Assembly: GCA_903893315.1 (NCBI GenBank) | Contig: CAITLU010000013.1 | Location: forward strand, 155,026 to 219,025 | DNA length: 64,000 nt | Direction of reading: 5' to 3' | DNA from: an uncultured bacterium | GTDB taxonomy: Bacteria; Desulfobacterota; Binatia; UBA1149; CAITLU01 | Shown here: one piece after another, positions 41,760 to 52,126 of the stretch | Layout of the letters: each line of letters begins with the position of its first letter | Position numbering within the stretch: the first letter of the stretch is position 1 | Made by a program: the position numbers and the translations under genes | The notes under the pieces: model-generated | Seen by the model: only the letters and a program-made list of their open reading frames with translations | Told to the model about the DNA's origin: nothing | The model's database searches: none

Positions 41760-42569
41760 GTGATTTACGGCTCCAACCTCGGCTGCCTGCTTGTCCTGCT
41801 ACTGCTGGCGGCGGTCGGAGGCGGCCCGCTCATCGGTCTGGCCCGTCTGGCGCTGTTCTTCACTGTCTTCACGATGGCCGCCGCCGCCATCGGCAGCTGG
41901 TGGCTGCGCCGCCACGCCGTGCGGCTCTACACCAGCAGCCAGTCCGAGCGTCACAACCGTTACGTCGAGACGTTGGTGACGCTGCTGGTGCGTCTGGCTC
42001 AGGTAGACGGCCCGCTCGATCGCCGCGAAGTGACGGTGATCCGCCACTTCTTCGAGCGCGACCTCGGCTACCAGGGCGAGCGCCTGTTGTGGGTTCGCGA
42101 CCTCATCAAGGAAGCCCAGGACTCCACCGAATCGGTCGCTGACCTCTGTGAGAGGCTGGTCGGCGACTTTGAGTTTCAAGCCCGACTGATCGCCATCGAG
42201 GTACTGACACGCGTGGCCCAGGCCGACGGCAACGTAAGCCCTGCCGAGGCCGGCTTTCTCGAAGAGGTCGCACGACACCTGGGCCTGGCCCCGTTCATGG
42301 GTGGCTTCCACTGGCAGAGCCGCTTCGAGGAAGCGCGCGGCTTCGGCACCCCACGCCGCGAAGCGACCACCGAAGCTCTCGCCGAGCTCGGGCTCGCGCC
42401 GGGGGCCGACGCGGACGAGATCAAGCAGGCGTGGAGAAAGCTCTCGATGGAGAACCACCCGGATCGCGTGACCCACCTCGGGGAAGAGTTCCGGCGCGTG
42501 GCCGAACAACGGATGCGCCGCATCAACGCGGCCTACGATGTGCTGAAGTCGGCCGGAATGGTCTCCTGA
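41760..42569 (+). CDS. djlA: Co-chaperone DjlA-like (N-terminal TM, TerB-like domain, C-terminal J domain)
   Basis: The N-terminus is hydrophobic. A TerB-like middle region follows. The C-terminal J-domain carries the HPD motif (KLSMENHPDRV...AYDVLK). Confidence 0.75.
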   Translation: MIYGSNLGCLLVLLLLAAVGGGPLIGLARLALFFTVFTMAAAAIGSWWLRRHAVRLYTSSQSERHNRYVETLVTLLVRLAQVDGPLDRREVTVIRHFFERDLGYQGERLLWVRDLIKEAQDSTESVADLCERLVGDFEFQARLIAIEVLTRVAQADGNVSPAEAGFLEEVARHLGLAPFMGGFHWQSRFEEARGFGTPRREATTEALAELGLAPGADADEIKQAWRKLSMENHPDRVTHLGEEFRRVAEQRMRRINAAYDVLKSAGMVS

Positions 42570-42661
42570 CGAATCTGCCCAAGTGCCGTGCAGTGCCGGG
42601 TTTAGAGGCAGGTCGACACTTGGTTAGCTGTTGGAATTGTTAAGAAAATGCCTGTCTACGC

Positions 42662-42677
42662 TGGCACCGTGATTGCA
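42662..42677 (+). promoter_or_regulatory. Sigma-54 (-24/-12) promoter upstream of glnB-glnA
   Basis: TGGCAC-cgtga-TTGCA is a perfect match to TGGCAC-N5-TTGCW. It lies about 145 nt upstream of the glnB ATG and is preceded by an AT-rich tract. Confidence 0.6.
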
Positions 42678-42769
42678 GTAAGCATATCCAGGCAAGACCG
42701 TAAGTCGCCCCTGTTGCCTCCGCGCTCTGCTGGTCCCGCGCCAGTTCGGGAAAGCGGGATGGGATCTGA

Positions 42770-43159
<390 letters not shown>

Positions 43160-43285
43160 CGAGCAGTACCGTTTCAGGGTCGGCGGATGATCGGCGCCCG
43201 CGTCGAACGAATCCACCGCAAATTTTCAATCGCAGCGCAGCCGTCGCGACGTAGACGGCACATCGCACTAGGAGGACCGCAACCA

Positions 43286-44698
43286 ATGACAGCGAAGGAA
43301 GCCCTGAAGTTCGCCAAAGACAACCACGCAGAAGTGGTGGACTTCAAATTTTGTGATCTGCTGGGAACCTGGCAGCACTTCAGCACGCCCATCAGCGAGT
43401 TCGAAGAGGAGATCTTCGAGGAAGGACTCGGATTCGACGGCTCGTCAATCCGAGGTTGGAAGTCGATCGACTCCTCCGACATGCTCGTGATCCCAGAGGC
43501 GAAAACCGCACGCATGGACCCGTTCATGGAGAGGCCGACCCTTTCCCTGATCTGTGACATCGAAGATCCGCTGACCCGCGAGCGTTACTCGCGCGACCCG
43601 CGCAACATCGCGCGCAAAGCCGCCGAGTTCCTGCGCTCGACAGGCTTGGCCGATACCGCCTTCTTCGGCCCCGAACCCGAATTCTTCGTGTTCGACTCGG
43701 CCCGCTTCCAGACCAGCGCGAACATGGGCTACTACGAGCTCGACTCGATCGAAGGCTGCTGGAACTCCGCCGACGACGGCGGCCAGAACCTCGGCTACAA
43801 GATACGCTACAAGGAAGGCTACTTCCCGGTGGCGCCCACCGACCACTTCCAGGACATGCGCACCGAAATGTGCCAGCTCATGGAACAGGTCGGCATTCGC
43901 GTCGAGCGTCAGCACCACGAAGTCGCCACCGCCGGCCAGGCCGAAATCGACGTGCGGTTCTCGCCTCTCGTCGAGATGGGCGACATCCTCATGTGGTACA
44001 AGTACATCGTGAAGAACGTGGCGCGTCGCCACGGTCGCACCGCCACCTTCATGCCGAAGCCTCTGTTCGGCGACAACGGCTCTGGCATGCACTGTCACCA
44101 GTCGCTGTGGAAGGACGGCAAGCCCCTGTTCGCCGGTGACAAATACGGCGGCATGTCGCAGATGGCTCTGCACTACACCGCCGGCATCCTGCACCACGCC
44201 AAGGCGCTGTGCGCGATCACCAACCCGACGATGAACTCCTACCACCGTCTGGTCCCCGGCTTCGAAGCGCCGGTGAACCTCGCTTACTCGAGCCGCAACC
44301 GTTCGGCTTCGGTACGCATTCCGATGTACTCGCCTTCGCCCAAGTCGAAGCGCATCGAAGTGCGCTTCCCGGATCCGGCCGCCAACGGCTATCTGGCGTT
44401 CTCGGCCATGCTGATGGCCGGTCTCGACGGCATCGAGCGCAAACTCGATCCCGGCCAGCCTCTCGACAAGGACATCTACTCGCTGTCCAAGGCCGAGTTG
44501 AAGGACGTCCCGAGCGTTCCGGGTTCACTGGCCGAAGCGTTGTCCGCGCTGGAGAAGGATCACGCCTTCCTGCTCAAGGGCGACGTGTTCACCGAGGACT
44601 TCCTCTCGACCTGGATCGAGTTCAAGCACTCGCGTGAAATCGACCCGATCCGGCTGCGGCCGCATCCCCATGAGTTCGAGATGTACTACGACTGCTGA
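43286..44698 (+). CDS. glnA: Glutamine synthetase type I
   Basis: The protein is 470 aa from [11 protein letters not shown] catalytic motifs are present ([18 protein letters not shown]). The adenylylation-loop region is present. The RBS is ggagga. Confidence 0.95.
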   Translation: MTAKEALKFAKDNHAEVVDFKFCDLLGTWQHFSTPISEFEEEIFEEGLGFDGSSIRGWKSIDSSDMLVIPEAKTARMDPFMERPTLSLICDIEDPLTRERYSRDPRNIARKAAEFLRSTGLADTAFFGPEPEFFVFDSARFQTSANMGYYELDSIEGCWNSADDGGQNLGYKIRYKEGYFPVAPTDHFQDMRTEMCQLMEQVGIRVERQHHEVATAGQAEIDVRFSPLVEMGDILMWYKYIVKNVARRHGRTATFMPKPLFGDNGSGMHCHQSLWKDGKPLFAGDKYGGMSQMALHYTAGILHHAKALCAITNPTMNSYHRLVPGFEAPVNLAYSSRNRSASVRIPMYSPSPKSKRIEVRFPDPAANGYLAFSAMLMAGLDGIERKLDPGQPLDKDIYSLSKAELKDVPSVPGSLAEALSALEKDHAFLLKGDVFTEDFLSTWIEFKHSREIDPIRLRPHPHEFEMYYDC

Positions 44699-44722
44699 AG
44701 TCGCAGGACTCCGGCCTTAAGA

Positions 44723-44762
44723 AAACGGCCCGTCCCCTTCACCGGGGGCGGGCCGTTTTACG
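44723..44762. terminator. Rho-independent terminator (likely bidirectional) after glnA
   Basis: The hairpin is aaaacggcccgtcccc-ttcacc-gggggcgggccgtttt. The stem is about 15 bp, GC-rich, with U/A tracts on both flanks. Confidence 0.7.
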
Positions 44763-44793
44763 TCGAAAGCTCAGCCCACACGGGCTGCTTTCA

Positions 44794-45351
44794 TCAATGC
44801 GCGGGCATCGCCGCCTGCGAAGCCCACTGCGCGATTGCCGCCTTGTTCTCGACACTCAGACCGACGCTCGGGTGCATCACCTTGTAGTCCCAGGGAGGCA
44901 TGTCGCCGGCGCTCACCGTCTTGGCGATGGCCGTGAGTTTCGTCGATCGCTGTTGCGCGTCGTACTTGTCCCAGTTCGAGAAGTTCAGCACCTCACGCGC
45001 CGAGCCTGCAAACCAGTACGAGGGAGCGAGTTTGGCGTGCCACGGAGCAACGTGCAGGTCGGAATGGCATTCGTAGCAGGAGGTGACCAGGGCTGCTCCT
45101 ACGCGCGCGTCGGAGACGACGGCGGCACTTGCCGACGGCGAGAGCGAACCGGCGCCGGCAGCCGAGCAGCCCAGCGCAATGACAGCTGCAAGAAGGCAAG
45201 GGATGCCGCGCAGCGCAAGCGCGGCGCCGCGGCCGCCATGCCGAGTTATCGTACTCGAGTAAAAAAGCCGTGCCGGGAACGAACCGCTTGTCGAATTCAA
45301 GACCCTGTCCTCCTTGGCCGTTACGGTTTCGCAGCGGTCTGCTGTCTTCAT
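44794..45351 (-). CDS. Small heme-binding-domain protein with single CxxCH (Haem_bd-like), probable lipoprotein/secreted
   Basis: CYECHS is followed by W-rich spacing (APWHAKLAPSYWF...NWDKYD...DMPPWDY). The hydrophobic leader is LLAAVIALGC. The start is uncertain. The ORF-track extension to 45789 is Arg-rich and spurious. Confidence 0.5.
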   Translation of the reverse strand: MKTADRCETVTAKEDRVLNSTSGSFPARLFYSSTITRHGGRGAALALRGIPCLLAAVIALGCSAAGAGSLSPSASAAVVSDARVGAALVTSCYECHSDLHVAPWHAKLAPSYWFAGSAREVLNFSNWDKYDAQQRSTKLTAIAKTVSAGDMPPWDYKVMHPSVGLSVENKAAIAQWASQAAMPAH

Positions 45352-45395
45352 CGTTGGTGCGCCTGCTGTGGCCGAAAAGCAACCCGGCTCGCAGT

Positions 45396-46577
45396 TCACA
45401 GACATGAGTACAGTGCGTCGATCAGACCGCGATTGGTAGGGTTGTGCCAGCGCGGTCCCATGCGGTTCATGACGTAACCGAACGCGACCCCGGCTACCGG
45501 ATCCGCGAAACCTACCGAACCGCCAGCGCCGAAGTGTCCGAATACGCCCGGATTCGGGCCGATCGCCCGCTCCGGTCTGGGGAGTTGGAACCCAAGCCCG
45601 AAACGGCTCGGCCGGTCGAGCACCGCGTCCAATCCGTCGGAGTGCACGGTCGCCGCTTCGCGCAGCACGTCGCGGCCTGCGATCTCGACACCGTCCAGCG
45701 TACCGCCGGCGCACAGCGCGCTGTAAACGCGTGCCACGCCGCGGGCAGTGGCGTGCGCGTTGGCGGAAGGAATTTCGGCGCGACGCCACTCCGAGGTGTT
45801 CACCACGTCGTGGCCCGAGAGTCCGCGCGGATTGAAGTAGGTGTTGTAGGCCATCCGTTGCGCGTCGGTGAGCGGCTGCGTGACAAGCCCCGGAGGAACC
45901 ACTCCTAGTTCGGGAAGCCAGACGAATTCAGCCACGCGGGCCTCGTCGCTTGCCGCGAGGCCGATGTGGACATCCGCTGCCAGCGGACCGGTGATCTCGT
46001 CGCGCAGGAACGTTCCAAGAGAGCGAGAACCGCCTGGAGCACCCGTCGAAACGCGGCGCACGACCTCGCCGACCAGGAAGCCGAACGTGTTGACGTGATA
46101 GCCGTGCCTCGTTCCAGGCTGCCACCATGGCCGTTCGACCGCCAGTGCCTCGGTCATCACCCGCCAGTCGAACATCGCGTTGTCGGCAAGTTGGCGGCGA
46201 ACCGCGGGAAGTCCGGCCTGATGACACAGGAGCTGCCTGACGGTGATCGCTTCCTTGCCGGCCTCAGCAAACTCGCGCCAGTAACGCGCCACCGAAGCGT
46301 CGAGATCGAGGAGGCCCCGGTGCACCAGCAGCAGAGCACACAGAGTAGTGAAGGCCTTGCCTACCGAGAAGACGTCGACCAGCGTGTCGCGTTGCCACGG
46401 TGAACTTCGCGCGGCGTCGACGTGACCGCCCCACAGATCGACGACGGTGCGTCCGTCGAGCACTATCGTAACCGCGGCGCCGAATTCACCGTGTTCGGCA
46501 AAGTTGGCGGCGAATCCGTCGCGGATCGCGGTAAAGCGAGCGTCGCAGGTTCCTTCGATCAGCGCGACGGCGGCCAC
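45396..46577 (-). CDS. Serine hydrolase, beta-lactamase/esterase (class C-like) family
   Basis: The S-x-x-K active-site motif is SVGKAFT. The Y-x-N-like and HxG regions are present. The protein is 393 aa. Confidence 0.8.
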   Translation of the reverse strand: MAAVALIEGTCDARFTAIRDGFAANFAEHGEFGAAVTIVLDGRTVVDLWGGHVDAARSSPWQRDTLVDVFSVGKAFTTLCALLLVHRGLLDLDASVARYWREFAEAGKEAITVRQLLCHQAGLPAVRRQLADNAMFDWRVMTEALAVERPWWQPGTRHGYHVNTFGFLVGEVVRRVSTGAPGGSRSLGTFLRDEITGPLAADVHIGLAASDEARVAEFVWLPELGVVPPGLVTQPLTDAQRMAYNTYFNPRGLSGHDVVNTSEWRRAEIPSANAHATARGVARVYSALCAGGTLDGVEIAGRDVLREAATVHSDGLDAVLDRPSRFGLGFQLPRPERAIGPNPGVFGHFGAGGSVGFADPVAGVAFGYVMNRMGPRWHNPTNRGLIDALYSCL

Positions 46578-46584
46578 CCCGGAT

Positions 46585-47073
46585 CTACCCGTTAGTCTCG
46601 CGCGACCGCAGCGTAGCGATCACGAGCAGCGCCACACCGACCGTGATCGCACTGTCGGCAACGTTGAAGGCCGGCCAGTGCCAACTGCGGTAGTAGACAT
46701 CGAGAAAGTCAATGACCTCGCCGTAACGGATGCGGTCGTAGAGATTTCCCGCCGCTCCGCCGATCACCAAGGTCAGCGCCAGACGCTGAACCAGATCCTC
46801 TACCGGTGTGTTGCGCAGCATCCACGCCAGCAGCGCGACGGTCCCGAGCGCGAACACGACGAAAAACAGCTGCCCCCAGATCCCCGGCAGATCCGCCAGC
46901 AACCCGAAAGCTCCGCCGCGGTTGCGTACGTAGGTCAGCGAGAAAAAACCCGGGATGACAGCCCTTGATCCACCGACTCCGGCGCCGTTGAAGAAATCCA
47001 GTATCAGGCCTTTGGTCACCTGATCAGCGACGAATACCAACACTGCAACCAGAACTGCGCTACGACCCTTCAA
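46585..47073 (-). CDS. lspA: Lipoprotein signal peptidase (signal peptidase II)
   Basis: The conserved LspA blocks are present (FFSLTYVRNRGGAFG, FNVADSAI). I propose a TTG start at 47073 with GGGAG 8 nt upstream. It sits downstream of ileS as in many bacteria. Confidence 0.8.
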   Translation of the reverse strand: MKGRSAVLVAVLVFVADQVTKGLILDFFNGAGVGGSRAVIPGFFSLTYVRNRGGAFGLLADLPGIWGQLFFVVFALGTVALLAWMLRNTPVEDLVQRLALTLVIGGAAGNLYDRIRYGEVIDFLDVYYRSWHWPAFNVADSAITVGVALLVIATLRSRETNG

Positions 47074-47093
47074 CGCTTCAACTCCCGGACCCG

Positions 47094-49868
47094 CTACAGC
47101 GCGGCTGCCGCCACGACCGGATAACAGCGGCCGCAAAGTTCGGGGTGATCGGCGTGGCTGCCGACGGCCTCCGAGAAATTCCAGCAACGGCCACACTTGG
47201 CACCACGCGCCTTCTCGACCGTAACCGTCAGTTCACCGTCACCGCCGGCAACTTCGACTTGAGAGACGATGAACACTTCGCAAAGCGCGACCTCACCGAG
47301 AGTCGCCAGGACCGCCGCGTCGGCGGCGCCGGCTTCGATCTTCACCCGCGCCTCCAACGAATGTCCAATGCGCCCATCGCGGCGCCACTCCTCCAGAGCC
47401 TTGGTCACGACCTGCCGGATCTCCCACAGGCGTGCCCAGCGCGCCGACAGTTCGGCATCGCGCCAGGCGGCGTCGGGCTCGGGGAAATCCGCGACAAAAA
47501 CGCAGTCTGTCTCGACCCCACGACCCTTGCGCTGCGCGGCAGGGACCGCCCGCCAGATCTCGTCGGCGGTGAAACAAAGTACCGGCGCTATCACCCGCGC
47601 CAGCGCCAGCAGGATCGCGTGCATCGCCGTCTGCGCGCTGCGCCGCGCCTTGGAGTCGACCGCCGACGTGTAAAGACGGTCCTTCACGATGTCGAAATAC
47701 AGAGAGCTGAGATCGACGCTGCAGAAGTTGTTGAGAGCGTGGAAGACGAGATGGAACTGGTAATCCTCGTAAGCCCTCCGGCAGCGCGTGACGAATTCGT
47801 CCAGACGCGACAGCACCCAGCGGTCCAGATCGGCCAGGTCGCCGACGTCCACCGCGTGCAGAGCCGGATCGAAGTCGGCAAGGTTGGCCAGCAGGTTACG
47901 CGAAGTGTTGCGGATGCGCCGGTACGAATCGGCCAGGCGCTTCAAGATCTCGTCGGAGATACGAACGTCTTCGCTGTAATCTTCGGATGCCACCCACAGG
48001 CGCAGGATGTCGGCGCCGTAGTTTTTCAAGATGTCCTGAGGGGCCACCACGTTGCCGAGCGACTTCGACATCTTGCGACCGTCGCCGTCGAGCACGAAGC
48101 CGTGGGTGAGCACCGCTTTGTAGGGAGCGCGGCCACGTGTGGCCACCGACGCGAGCAGCGCCGAGTGGAACCAGCCGCGGTGCTGGTCGCTGCCCTCCAG
48201 ATAAAGATCGGCGATGGCGTCCTTGCCAAACTCGGCCTCGATCACCGCCGCAAAACTGACGCCCGAATCGAACCAGACGTCGAGAATGTCGGTCTCCCTC
48301 TCGAAGCCGCTGCCGCCGCAGCCCTTGCAGCGCATTCCCGTCGGCAGGAAGTCTTCAACCGGCCGGGCGAACCACGCATCGGCACCCTCGACGGCGAACA
48401 TCTCCGCCGCCTTGCGCGCCATTTCCGGGTTGGCCTCGACCTCGCCGCACGCCGTGCAATGCACCGCAACGATCGGAACTCCCCAGGCGCGTTGGCGCGA
48501 CAGACACCAGTCGGGACGATTGGCCACCATCCCGTAGATGCGCTCGCGGCCCCACGACGGAATCCAGCGCACGCCGTCGATGGCGGCCAGCGCCCGCTTG
48601 CGAAGGTGCGTTTCTTCCATTGACAGAAACCACTGATCGGTAGCTCGAAAGATGATCGGCTTCTTGCAGCGCCAGCAGTGCGGGTAGCTGTGCTCGATCG
48701 GCTCCTCGCCCAGCAGCGCGCCGATTTCACCCAGCATATCGATGATCGAACGGTCGGCATCGAACACGAAGCGGCCCTGAAATTCCGGCACCTCGGCAGT
48801 GAAGCAGCCGCCCGCGTCCACCGGGGCGTAGGCCTCGAGGCCGTGGCGACGGCCGATGACGTAGTCGTCGTGACCGTGGCCGGGCGCCGTGTGAACGCAG
48901 CCGGTGCCGGTATCGAGCGCAACGTGCTCACCCGTCAAGACGACCGAGTCGCGATCGATCCAGGGATGGCGCGCCTTCAAACCCTCGATATCAACACCCC
49001 GGAAGGTGGCCAGGGTAGCACCGAGTGCGAAGCGTTTGGTCAGCGAGTCCAGCAGATCGGTGGCCACCACCAGCGCGCGGTCGCCGGCTTCGACGAGCGA
49101 ATAGGAGAAGTCGGGACCAACCGCCACGGCCAGGTTGGCCGGCAGCGTCCACGGGGTCGTCGTCCAGATCGCGATCGCAAGCTTGCGATCGGCAAACGGT
49201 GCCAACGGTCCCTTGGCCTCGATCGGAAAGGCGACGTAGATCGAGGTCGTCTTCTTGTTGTCGTGATCGACTTCGGCTTCGGCCAGGGCCGTGCGGCACG
49301 ACGCGCACCAGTGCACCGGCTTGCGGCTGCGAAACATCCCGCCGGTACCCAGGATATCGGCGAGTTCGCGGGCCTCCTGGGCCTCGAAGTCGAAGTCCTT
49401 GGTCAGGTAGGGACGCTGCCACTCGCCGAAGATGCCGAGACGCTGAAAGTCCGTGCGCTGCACACCGACGAAGCGGTCGGCGTATTCGCGACACAGGCGG
49501 CGCACTTCGACCAGACCCATCTCGGCTTTGGCCTTGCGGCCGACTTTCTTCTCGACCTCGAGTTCGATCGGCAGGCCGTGGCAATCCCAGCCCGGCCGGT
49601 ACGGCGCGCGCAGGCCGGACAGGGTCTTGTACTTGAGGATGATGTCCTTGAGGACTTTGTTCAGGGCGTGGCCGAGGTGGATGTTGCCGTTGGCGTAGGG
49701 GGGACCGTCATGCAGCACGAAGAGCGGCGCCGAGGCGCGCGCGTCCAGCATGCGCTGGTAGACGTTCTCGTTCGCCCAGGTCTCGAGCATCACGGGCTCG
49801 CGCTGGGGCAGGTTGGCCCGCATCGGGAAATCGGTACTCGGAAGCTGCAACGTGTGCTTGTAGTCCAT
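47094..49868 (-). CDS. ileS: Isoleucine--tRNA ligase
   Basis: The HIGH motif is PYANGNIHLGHA. The KMSKS motif is KMSKS. The C-terminal zinc-binding cysteines are present. The start is MDYKHTLQLPSTDFPMRANL. Confidence 0.95.
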   Translation of the reverse strand: MDYKHTLQLPSTDFPMRANLPQREPVMLETWANENVYQRMLDARASAPLFVLHDGPPYANGNIHLGHALNKVLKDIILKYKTLSGLRAPYRPGWDCHGLPIELEVEKKVGRKAKAEMGLVEVRRLCREYADRFVGVQRTDFQRLGIFGEWQRPYLTKDFDFEAQEARELADILGTGGMFRSRKPVHWCASCRTALAEAEVDHDNKKTTSIYVAFPIEAKGPLAPFADRKLAIAIWTTTPWTLPANLAVAVGPDFSYSLVEAGDRALVVATDLLDSLTKRFALGATLATFRGVDIEGLKARHPWIDRDSVVLTGEHVALDTGTGCVHTAPGHGHDDYVIGRRHGLEAYAPVDAGGCFTAEVPEFQGRFVFDADRSIIDMLGEIGALLGEEPIEHSYPHCWRCKKPIIFRATDQWFLSMEETHLRKRALAAIDGVRWIPSWGRERIYGMVANRPDWCLSRQRAWGVPIVAVHCTACGEVEANPEMARKAAEMFAVEGADAWFARPVEDFLPTGMRCKGCGGSGFERETDILDVWFDSGVSFAAVIEAEFGKDAIADLYLEGSDQHRGWFHSALLASVATRGRAPYKAVLTHGFVLDGDGRKMSKSLGNVVAPQDILKNYGADILRLWVASEDYSEDVRISDEILKRLADSYRRIRNTSRNLLANLADFDPALHAVDVGDLADLDRWVLSRLDEFVTRCRRAYEDYQFHLVFHALNNFCSVDLSSLYFDIVKDRLYTSAVDSKARRSAQTAMHAILLALARVIAPVLCFTADEIWRAVPAAQRKGRGVETDCVFVADFPEPDAAWRDAELSARWARLWEIRQVVTKALEEWRRDGRIGHSLEARVKIEAGAADAAVLATLGEVALCEVFIVSQVEVAGGDGELTVTVEKARGAKCGRCWNFSEAVGSHADHPELCGRCYPVVAAAAL

Positions 49869-50007
49869 TGGTGAGGGGCTCTCGGCGCGGGCTCGAACGG
49901 CCAGCGAAAACATCAAGTTCACCGGCGTCTTGGAAGGGGTGCCCGGCTAATACCAACGCCGCCCCGGGCTGGCAACCCTCAACGGTCCACGCTAAGGAGG
50001 GTCCGCT

Positions 50008-50247
50008 ATGGCAAAGCGACTCCAGCTCAACTTCCACCACACCGGACCAACCATGGTAGACGAGAATGGGCAGGCCCGTCCTTGCGCGATGGGAGTTCCC
50101 TGGGTGAACGAACACACGCTCGCGACGTTGCGCAAGGTATTCATCCCGCGCACCGACGCCAAGGGCCAGGTCATTCAACCTGCCGACGGCGGAACCAGCG
50201 CGGGCGACGCTTCCCTCAAAGAAGACTCTCCCTATCGCAAGGCCTGA
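50008..50247 (+). CDS. Hypothetical small protein (79 aa)
   Basis: A strong RBS aaggaggg sits 7 nt upstream of the ATG. It is divergent from ileS. No recognisable motif. Confidence 0.4.
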   Translation: MAKRLQLNFHHTGPTMVDENGQARPCAMGVPWVNEHTLATLRKVFIPRTDAKGQVIQPADGGTSAGDASLKEDSPYRKA

Positions 50248-50298
50248 TTTACTTTTCAGTTGTCCGCCGGTCGCGTGACGAGGTCCGTTCGCGGCCTG

Positions 50299-50589
50299 TC
50301 AGTCCCGGGAATTCGCCAGTCGCGACCGCGACCGCACCGGTACCTTTTCCATCTTGTCCCAGTCGAAGGTCATCTCGCGGCGCAGACCCATGAAGTAGCA
50401 ACACATCTCGTGGTCGAGATCGTTGTGAAAGGTCCGCTGAATGCCGTCTTCGAACATTATGCGGACCAGGCAGGTACCGCCGGTGATGGTGGAGGTCATC
50501 TCTTCGACGACCGTCCCCGAGCCCCAACTCTCGCGCTCCTGGTGATGAACCCGGTCTCCGAGTCTGAGGTATAGACGCTTCCCGTCCAT
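50299..50589 (-). CDS. DUF3553-like small protein
   Basis: The N-terminal L-x-x-GDRVHH...WGSGTV pattern is typical of DUF3553 family proteins. Confidence 0.45.
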   Translation of the reverse strand: MDGKRLYLRLGDRVHHQERESWGSGTVVEEMTSTITGGTCLVRIMFEDGIQRTFHNDLDHEMCCYFMGLRREMTFDWDKMEKVPVRSRSRLANSRD

Positions 50590-50769
50590 GCGGCGCCAAC
50601 ATACACGGCGCTCCGGCTGGTAGCCAGAATCTTTCTCGCTCTACTGAACGATCAACATCAAGCTCGTCGAGACCATCAAGAGCGTACCGGCCTCGCAGGA
50701 CGCTTCGCAAAGAAGCCACCCTAACAGGCTCGCCGTCCCGACACGGGTCCGCGCCTTATTCTCCGCCTT

Positions 50770-50988
50770 TCAAACCTCGCTCCCGCCGTCCACCGCGATT
50801 TCGATCCGCACGCCGTCGATCAGCACCGGAACGACACGCCGACCGCGCGTCACCTTTAGCAGTTCGGGAATGACTTCGGGGTGTTCGCCGACGTCTATTT
50901 CGGTGAAGCGCGTGCCGGTCGCGTTCAGGCGATCGCGCACTACGCGGCTGAACGGACAGTCCTTGGTGGCGTAGAGAGTGGTGGCCAC
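50770..50988 (-). CDS. Glutaredoxin-like small redox protein (monothiol CPFS motif)
   Basis: The protein is 72 aa. The sequence is TLYATKDCPFSRV...VPVL with thioredoxin-fold spacing. CPFS stands in place of CPYC. Confidence 0.6.
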   Translation of the reverse strand: MATTLYATKDCPFSRVVRDRLNATGTRFTEIDVGEHPEVIPELLKVTRGRRVVPVLIDGVRIEIAVDGGSEV

Positions 50989-50997
50989 AGCGCCGTG

Positions 50998-51186
50998 TCA
51001 GATGCGTTCGCCGTCGCCTTCGACCTTGCGGACCGAGGTGTCGAGTACGCGCATCTCCAGTCCGCCCTTGGAGCGGATCGTCAGGATGTTGCTGTAGACG
51101 TTCATGCTCGGAGGCGGCTCGACCTTGGTGACGGTAAAACGGCCTGGGTTGCTCTGGTGTACGACCTGGTCACCGACTTTCATCAT
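50998..51186 (-). CDS. Hypothetical small protein (62 aa), DUF3553-like N-terminus
   Basis: The MMKVGDQVVHQSNPGRFTV pattern resembles the 50299 ORF. It is tightly packed between plsC-like and grx-like genes. Confidence 0.35.
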   Translation of the reverse strand: MMKVGDQVVHQSNPGRFTVTKVEPPPSMNVYSNILTIRSKGGLEMRVLDTSVRKVEGDGERI

Positions 51187-51220
51187 CGTCTCTCCCGTCC
51201 GCGCCGCCCGTCGCCGCGAA

Positions 51221-52075
51221 CTATCCGAAGAACACCGAACTCCGCCCGGCCAACTCGCGCTGGATCAGCAACGCGACGCTGCGCCGCAACCGCTCCGTCA
51301 TCGCTGCGAAATCCGGGTCGCGGATGAAGCGCTGCTCGCGGCGAAGGTAGATACGACGCCCGAAGGCCAAGGTCCACTTGCTCGGCAACGGCAGTACTCC
51401 GAGCGGGCCGAGCAGCGGGAAGAACGGCGTGATCGGCACATACGGAGCCCCGAGAGCGAGGCCGGCGCTCTCGCTGCGGCCGATCACCGGGTAAGCCTCT
51501 TCGGCACCGACGAACGCGAACGGAATGATCGGCACGCGATGTTTCCACGACAGCCGCGCAGCCGATGTCGCGAAAGGCTGCAGCCGGTAGCGCTGATCGA
51601 AGAGCTTGGCGATACCGCCGACGCCTTCGGGAAAAATCACCACCAACTCACCACGCGCCAGCATCGCATCGGCCACCGCGTAGCGGGCCGGTACCGCGCC
51701 GCTGCGGCGATAGAGGTCCGCCACCGCCGGCATCCCGTCGATGAAACGATCATAGAGAATCCGCGCGATACGGCCTGGCGAAGCCGGGTTCCCGCGGTTT
51801 TCGAGCGCGTAGCCGAGCATCGCGGCGTCGAATGGAATGCCGCCCGAATGATTGCCGACCAGAATCGCGCCGCCGCGGCGCGGAACGTGCTCCATCCCGC
51901 GCACCGCCACGCGCCAGTAGGTATCGAACAGAAATCGCAGCAGAGGCAGCGCGCGCTCGCGAAGTTCGTAATCGATCGGATAGGCGCTGGTCGCGCGCGC
52001 AGAGGCAGAGTCCGGCGTCGGCTTCGATCGTGGTTGCGTGTAATCGCCCATCGGCTTGCCGCTCGGGCTTACCAC
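51221..52075 (-). CDS. Lysophospholipid (1-acyl-glycerol-3-phosphate) acyltransferase, PlsC family
   Basis: The HX4D motif is NHSGGIPFD. The FPEG motif is present. Confidence 0.8.
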   Translation of the reverse strand: MVSPSGKPMGDYTQPRSKPTPDSASARATSAYPIDYELRERALPLLRFLFDTYWRVAVRGMEHVPRRGGAILVGNHSGGIPFDAAMLGYALENRGNPASPGRIARILYDRFIDGMPAVADLYRRSGAVPARYAVADAMLARGELVVIFPEGVGGIAKLFDQRYRLQPFATSAARLSWKHRVPIIPFAFVGAEEAYPVIGRSESAGLALGAPYVPITPFFPLLGPLGVLPLPSKWTLAFGRRIYLRREQRFIRDPDFAAMTERLRRSVALLIQRELAGRSSVFFG

Positions 52076-52126
52076 AAATCGCAGACGGACGTCTGCGACC
52101 TAGACGAAAAGCGCTGCCTCGCGCGT

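Noticed and set aside
44794-45789. The ORF track shows a 331 aa form of the small heme-binding protein.
   Set aside because: Its upstream 146 codons are Arg-rich (MASRRNSFRQRARHCPRRG...) and unlike a real N-terminus. The gene is trimmed to the MKTADR start, with the note that an even shorter lipoprotein start is possible.
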